Shown here piece after piece: positions 26,774 through 29,540 of a DNA stretch of 29,540 bases (positions within the stretch are counted from its first letter, which is position 1; every line of letters begins with the position of its first letter). The notes beneath the pieces were generated by a model, which was given only the letters and a program-made list of their open reading frames with translations, was not told the DNA's origin and did no database searches. This stretch comes from an uncultured Leptospirales bacterium (GTDB lineage: Bacteria > Spirochaetota > UBA4802 > UBA5550): positions 1 to 29,540 of the forward strand of contig CAYNFB010000011.1 in assembly GCA_964396355.1 (NCBI GenBank), read 5' to 3'. Both the position numbers and the translations under genes were made by a program.

Positions 26774-28570
26774 TCAGTCAATCTTCAGGATGGTGAGGAA
26801 AGCCTCCTGAGGCACCTCTACTGATCCGATCATCTTCATTCTCTTCTTTCCTGCCTTCTGCTTCTCCAGAAGTTTCCGCTTTCTTGAGATATCCCCGCCG
26901 TAGCATTTGGCGGTAACATCCTTTCTCATGGCAGAGATCGTCTCCCTCGCAATGATTGTAGCGCCGATTGCAGCCTGTATGGGAACCTTGAATTGATGTT
27001 TAGGGATAATGTCCTTGAGTTTTGAGATTATGTCCTTGCCTCTGTGTCTGGCCTTATCCTTATGGACAATGAAAGACAGAGCATCAACAGATTCGGAATT
27101 TACCAGAATATCAACTTTTACCATATCAGCAGGCCTGAAATCCAGCATGTCATAGTCAAAAGACGCATATCCTCTTGATATTGACTTGAGCTTGTCGTAG
27201 AAGTTGAAGACAATTTCCGCAAGAGGTATCTCGTAGGTGAGCTGCACTCTCGTGGTATTTATATATTCCATATTCTTGTGAATCCCCCTGCATTCGGTTA
27301 CCAGCTGCATTATATTTCCAACGTAATCCGTTGGTGTCACAATTGCAGCAGTGACGAAGGGTTCTTCAATTTTCTCAATCATTCCCGGATCAGGCATGTT
27401 TACCGGGTTATCAATGGTCAGCTCCTTTCCGTTCTGGAGAAGCAGCTTATACTGAACGCTCGGTGCCGTGGTAACCAGTGCTATGTCAAATTCTCTCTCC
27501 AGCCTTTCCTGAACAATCTCCATGTGCAGCAGCCCCAGATATCCGCATCTGAATCCGAATCCCAGAGCATAGGAATTGTCCGGCTCAAACAGCAGGGATG
27601 CATCATTGAGCTGAAGTTTAAAAAGCGCTTCTCTCAGATCCTCATATTCGTCGCTGAACATGGGGTAGAGACCCGAGAAGACCATGGACTTCACATCCTT
27701 GAATCCGTCAAGAGGCTCATCTGTGGGATTGTCGGCAAGTGTGACCGTCTCTCCTATCTTTGTGTCTCTTACACTCTTGATGCCTGCGACGATGTATCCT
27801 ACTTCACCGGGTTCCAGACTCTTTTTTTTCTCAAGAGTCATTCTGAAAATACCCACGTCTAATACTGTGAATTCCTTCCCTGTGGAACAGAGCTTTATTA
27901 CATCATCCTTCTTTACCGAACCGTCGAATACCCTTACTTTGATTACAGCACCCATGTACTGGTCGTAGAATGAGTCGAAAATGAGCGCCTTCAGCGGTTT
28001 ATTCTTTTCTCCCTTTGGGGGAGGTATGAAGTCTACAATTTTCTCAAGGAGTTCATCTATTCCTATTCCCTGTTTCGCCGAAGTAAGAATAGCCTCTTCC
28101 GGATCGAGTCCAAGTGTGGTTTCAATCTGTTTTTTTGTCATTTCTATGTCAGCGCTGGGCATATCTATCTTGTTTATTACAGGGAGAATTGCCAGATCAT
28201 TTTCCATCGCCAGGTAGAGATTGGCAATTGTCTGGGCCTCAACTCCCTGAGAGGCGTCTGTAATGAGAATAACTCCATCGCATGAAGTGAGGGCTCTGGA
28301 GACTTCGTATGTGAAGTCTACGTGTCCCGGAGTATCAATGAGATTGAATACGTAGTCCTTTCCCGAGCTGGCTTTGTAATTGAGGGTAATAGCATTGGAC
28401 TTAATTGTGATGCCCCTCTCACGTTCAATATCCATGGTGTCGAGCAGCTGATTCTTCATATCCCTGTCGCTGACCAGGCTGCATTTCTGTATGATCCTGT
28501 CTGCCAGGGTTGATTTGCCGTGGTCGATGTGGGCAATGATTGAAAAATTTCTAATGTGAGATAGATCCAT
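26774..28570 (-). CDS. lepA: Elongation factor 4 (LepA)
   Basis: [66 protein letters not shown]. Confidence 0.98.
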   Translation of the reverse strand: MDLSHIRNFSIIAHIDHGKSTLADRIIQKCSLVSDRDMKNQLLDTMDIERERGITIKSNAITLNYKASSGKDYVFNLIDTPGHVDFTYEVSRALTSCDGVILITDASQGVEAQTIANLYLAMENDLAILPVINKIDMPSADIEMTKKQIETTLGLDPEEAILTSAKQGIGIDELLEKIVDFIPPPKGEKNKPLKALIFDSFYDQYMGAVIKVRVFDGSVKKDDVIKLCSTGKEFTVLDVGIFRMTLEKKKSLEPGEVGYIVAGIKSVRDTKIGETVTLADNPTDEPLDGFKDVKSMVFSGLYPMFSDEYEDLREALFKLQLNDASLLFEPDNSYALGFGFRCGYLGLLHMEIVQERLEREFDIALVTTAPSVQYKLLLQNGKELTIDNPVNMPDPGMIEKIEEPFVTAAIVTPTDYVGNIMQLVTECRGIHKNMEYINTTRVQLTYEIPLAEIVFNFYDKLKSISRGYASFDYDMLDFRPADMVKVDILVNSESVDALSFIVHKDKARHRGKDIISKLKDIIPKHQFKVPIQAAIGATIIARETISAMRKDVTAKCYGGDISRKRKLLEKQKAGKKRMKMIGSVEVPQEAFLTILKID

Positions 28571-28709
28571 TTTGTACCTGTTGTTTGATTTTAATAATAT
28601 ACCAATATATAAGTAGGAAGTATTTTATTCTATTCAATTGGCAAGTGTTTTTTCTCCTTAAAAGAGGATAGGGGCCGGGCTTAATATTTACCTTCCGGCT
28701 CATTTTATG

Positions 28710-29540
28710 TTACCTGTTTTTAAACACTCTTATGATAATAAAAGACAGTATTATATTTAATAATAATACTGCTCCTAAGACGAGCCATGATATGAATAGC
28801 AGATATACTCTTCCTGCCATGTAATTCCACCCTATCTGGTGATCCAGAAAGTAGTCAGTTAAGCCCGGGAAGGTCAGCACCAAAGTGAATAGTGCTGCAG
28901 TCTCGATGAGTGAGAACAGTATAACCGCACCGCTGATCCTGATGAGGTATTTTCCGTAAAGAGCCCTTCTCCTGGATAGAATAAATATTATCCAGCCTGA
29001 TAAAAGGAAGATTATAAACCCGATTAAGCCTGCTGTCAGCCCGGATTTTAATATTGCAGCTCCGGCAGGTTTGTAGAGTGAAATGGATATATTTGAAGAG
29101 GGCAGTCCCTGCCACTTTGCCGTGAGGGAACTGCCTGAATCTTTAAATTCCCCGGGGTGCACGGCAATTTTCCATCCTTCAGGGTAGCGTAATTCTGCAG
29201 TGAGTTTTCCGAATTTGTTCCAGGTTCGGGCAGGTGCGAGAATGTATGAAAGCTGCCATACTTTTGATTCTGTTCCGGTGATTTTGCTGTTGGAATATGC
29301 CGTAGGTTTTGCTCTGTACTGCACTTCAAGCTTATGGTCTCCACGGGCCATCTGTATTGTAAAACCTGTTTGTATCGGTTTACCTGCTCTGCGGGGAATG
29401 TCTTTATTCTCTCTATTGCTTATTGTGTAATAGGGGATATCGATATTATCTTTAAATCCGGGAGTTGATATTGGTGGAGTCCAGGATTCAGGAATTTTTG
29501 AGTATACCCGATGTCCCTTTATTTTCTTTCCATTGAATTT
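28710..29540 (-). CDS. Hypothetical protein with C-terminal multi-TM anchor (5' end outside the window)
   Basis: The frame stays open from ATG 29351 to the window end (KFNGKKIKGH...TIQMARGDH); three hydrophobic segments at the C-terminus. Confidence 0.75.
   Translation of the reverse strand, partial: KFNGKKIKGHRVYSKIPESWTPPISTPGFKDNIDIPYYTISNRENKDIPRRAGKPIQTGFTIQMARGDHKLEVQYRAKPTAYSNSKITGTESKVWQLSYILAPARTWNKFGKLTAELRYPEGWKIAVHPGEFKDSGSSLTAKWQGLPSSNISISLYKPAGAAILKSGLTAGLIGFIIFLLSGWIIFILSRRRALYGKYLIRISGAVILFSLIETAALFTLVLTFPGLTDYFLDHQIGWNYMAGRVYLLFISWLVLGAVLLLNIILSFIIIRVFKNR

Noticed and set aside
4227-29430. Numerous 60-210 aa ORFs antisense to or overlapping confident genes (e.g. 6450..7085, 11209..11841, 27278..27862)
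   Set aside because: Shadow frames of strongly conserved genes, with no independent motifs.
1-29540. Alternative genetic code (UGA = Trp/Gly) as the explanation of the read-through
   Set aside because: Many well-conserved genes here end in TGA at the expected length, and Trp is encoded by TGG.

Overview
A 29.5 kb chromosomal window, probably from an anaerobic spirochaete-like bacterium. That is inferred from Leptospira-type secreted proteins, a NIF-type Fe-S system and ferredoxin-linked enzymes; there is no marker gene to confirm it. Most of the window is housekeeping or metabolic: fba, a PHP histidinol phosphatase, an rrf2-pgeF-nifU-nifS cluster, a SWIM-SNF2 helicase, Fe-S proteins, a ferredoxin-nitroreductase, a paaK-ACT-iorA-iorB arylacetate operon, an M48 peptidase and lepA. 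The standout is on the minus strand at 23630..26251. The ORF track splits it into 110 aa and 756 aa ORFs, but the two are in the same frame and separated only by one TGA (25919-25921). That TGA is followed 16 nt later by a hairpin fitting the bacterial SECIS pattern. Read through as selenocysteine, it gives one 873 aa protein: signal peptide, eight c-type heme motifs (7 CXXCH + 1 CX4CH) and a fused FdnI-like cytochrome b. This is a candidate single-chain, quinone-linked multiheme selenoenzyme. Secondary observations: an IscR-type operator upstream of rrf2, a small secreted Lys/Cys-rich peptide in an AT-rich stretch, two broken genes, a cluster of G/T substitutions in the PaaK substrate pocket, and several unexplained inverted repeats. 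I saw no rRNA, tRNA, CRISPR array or intact mobile element.
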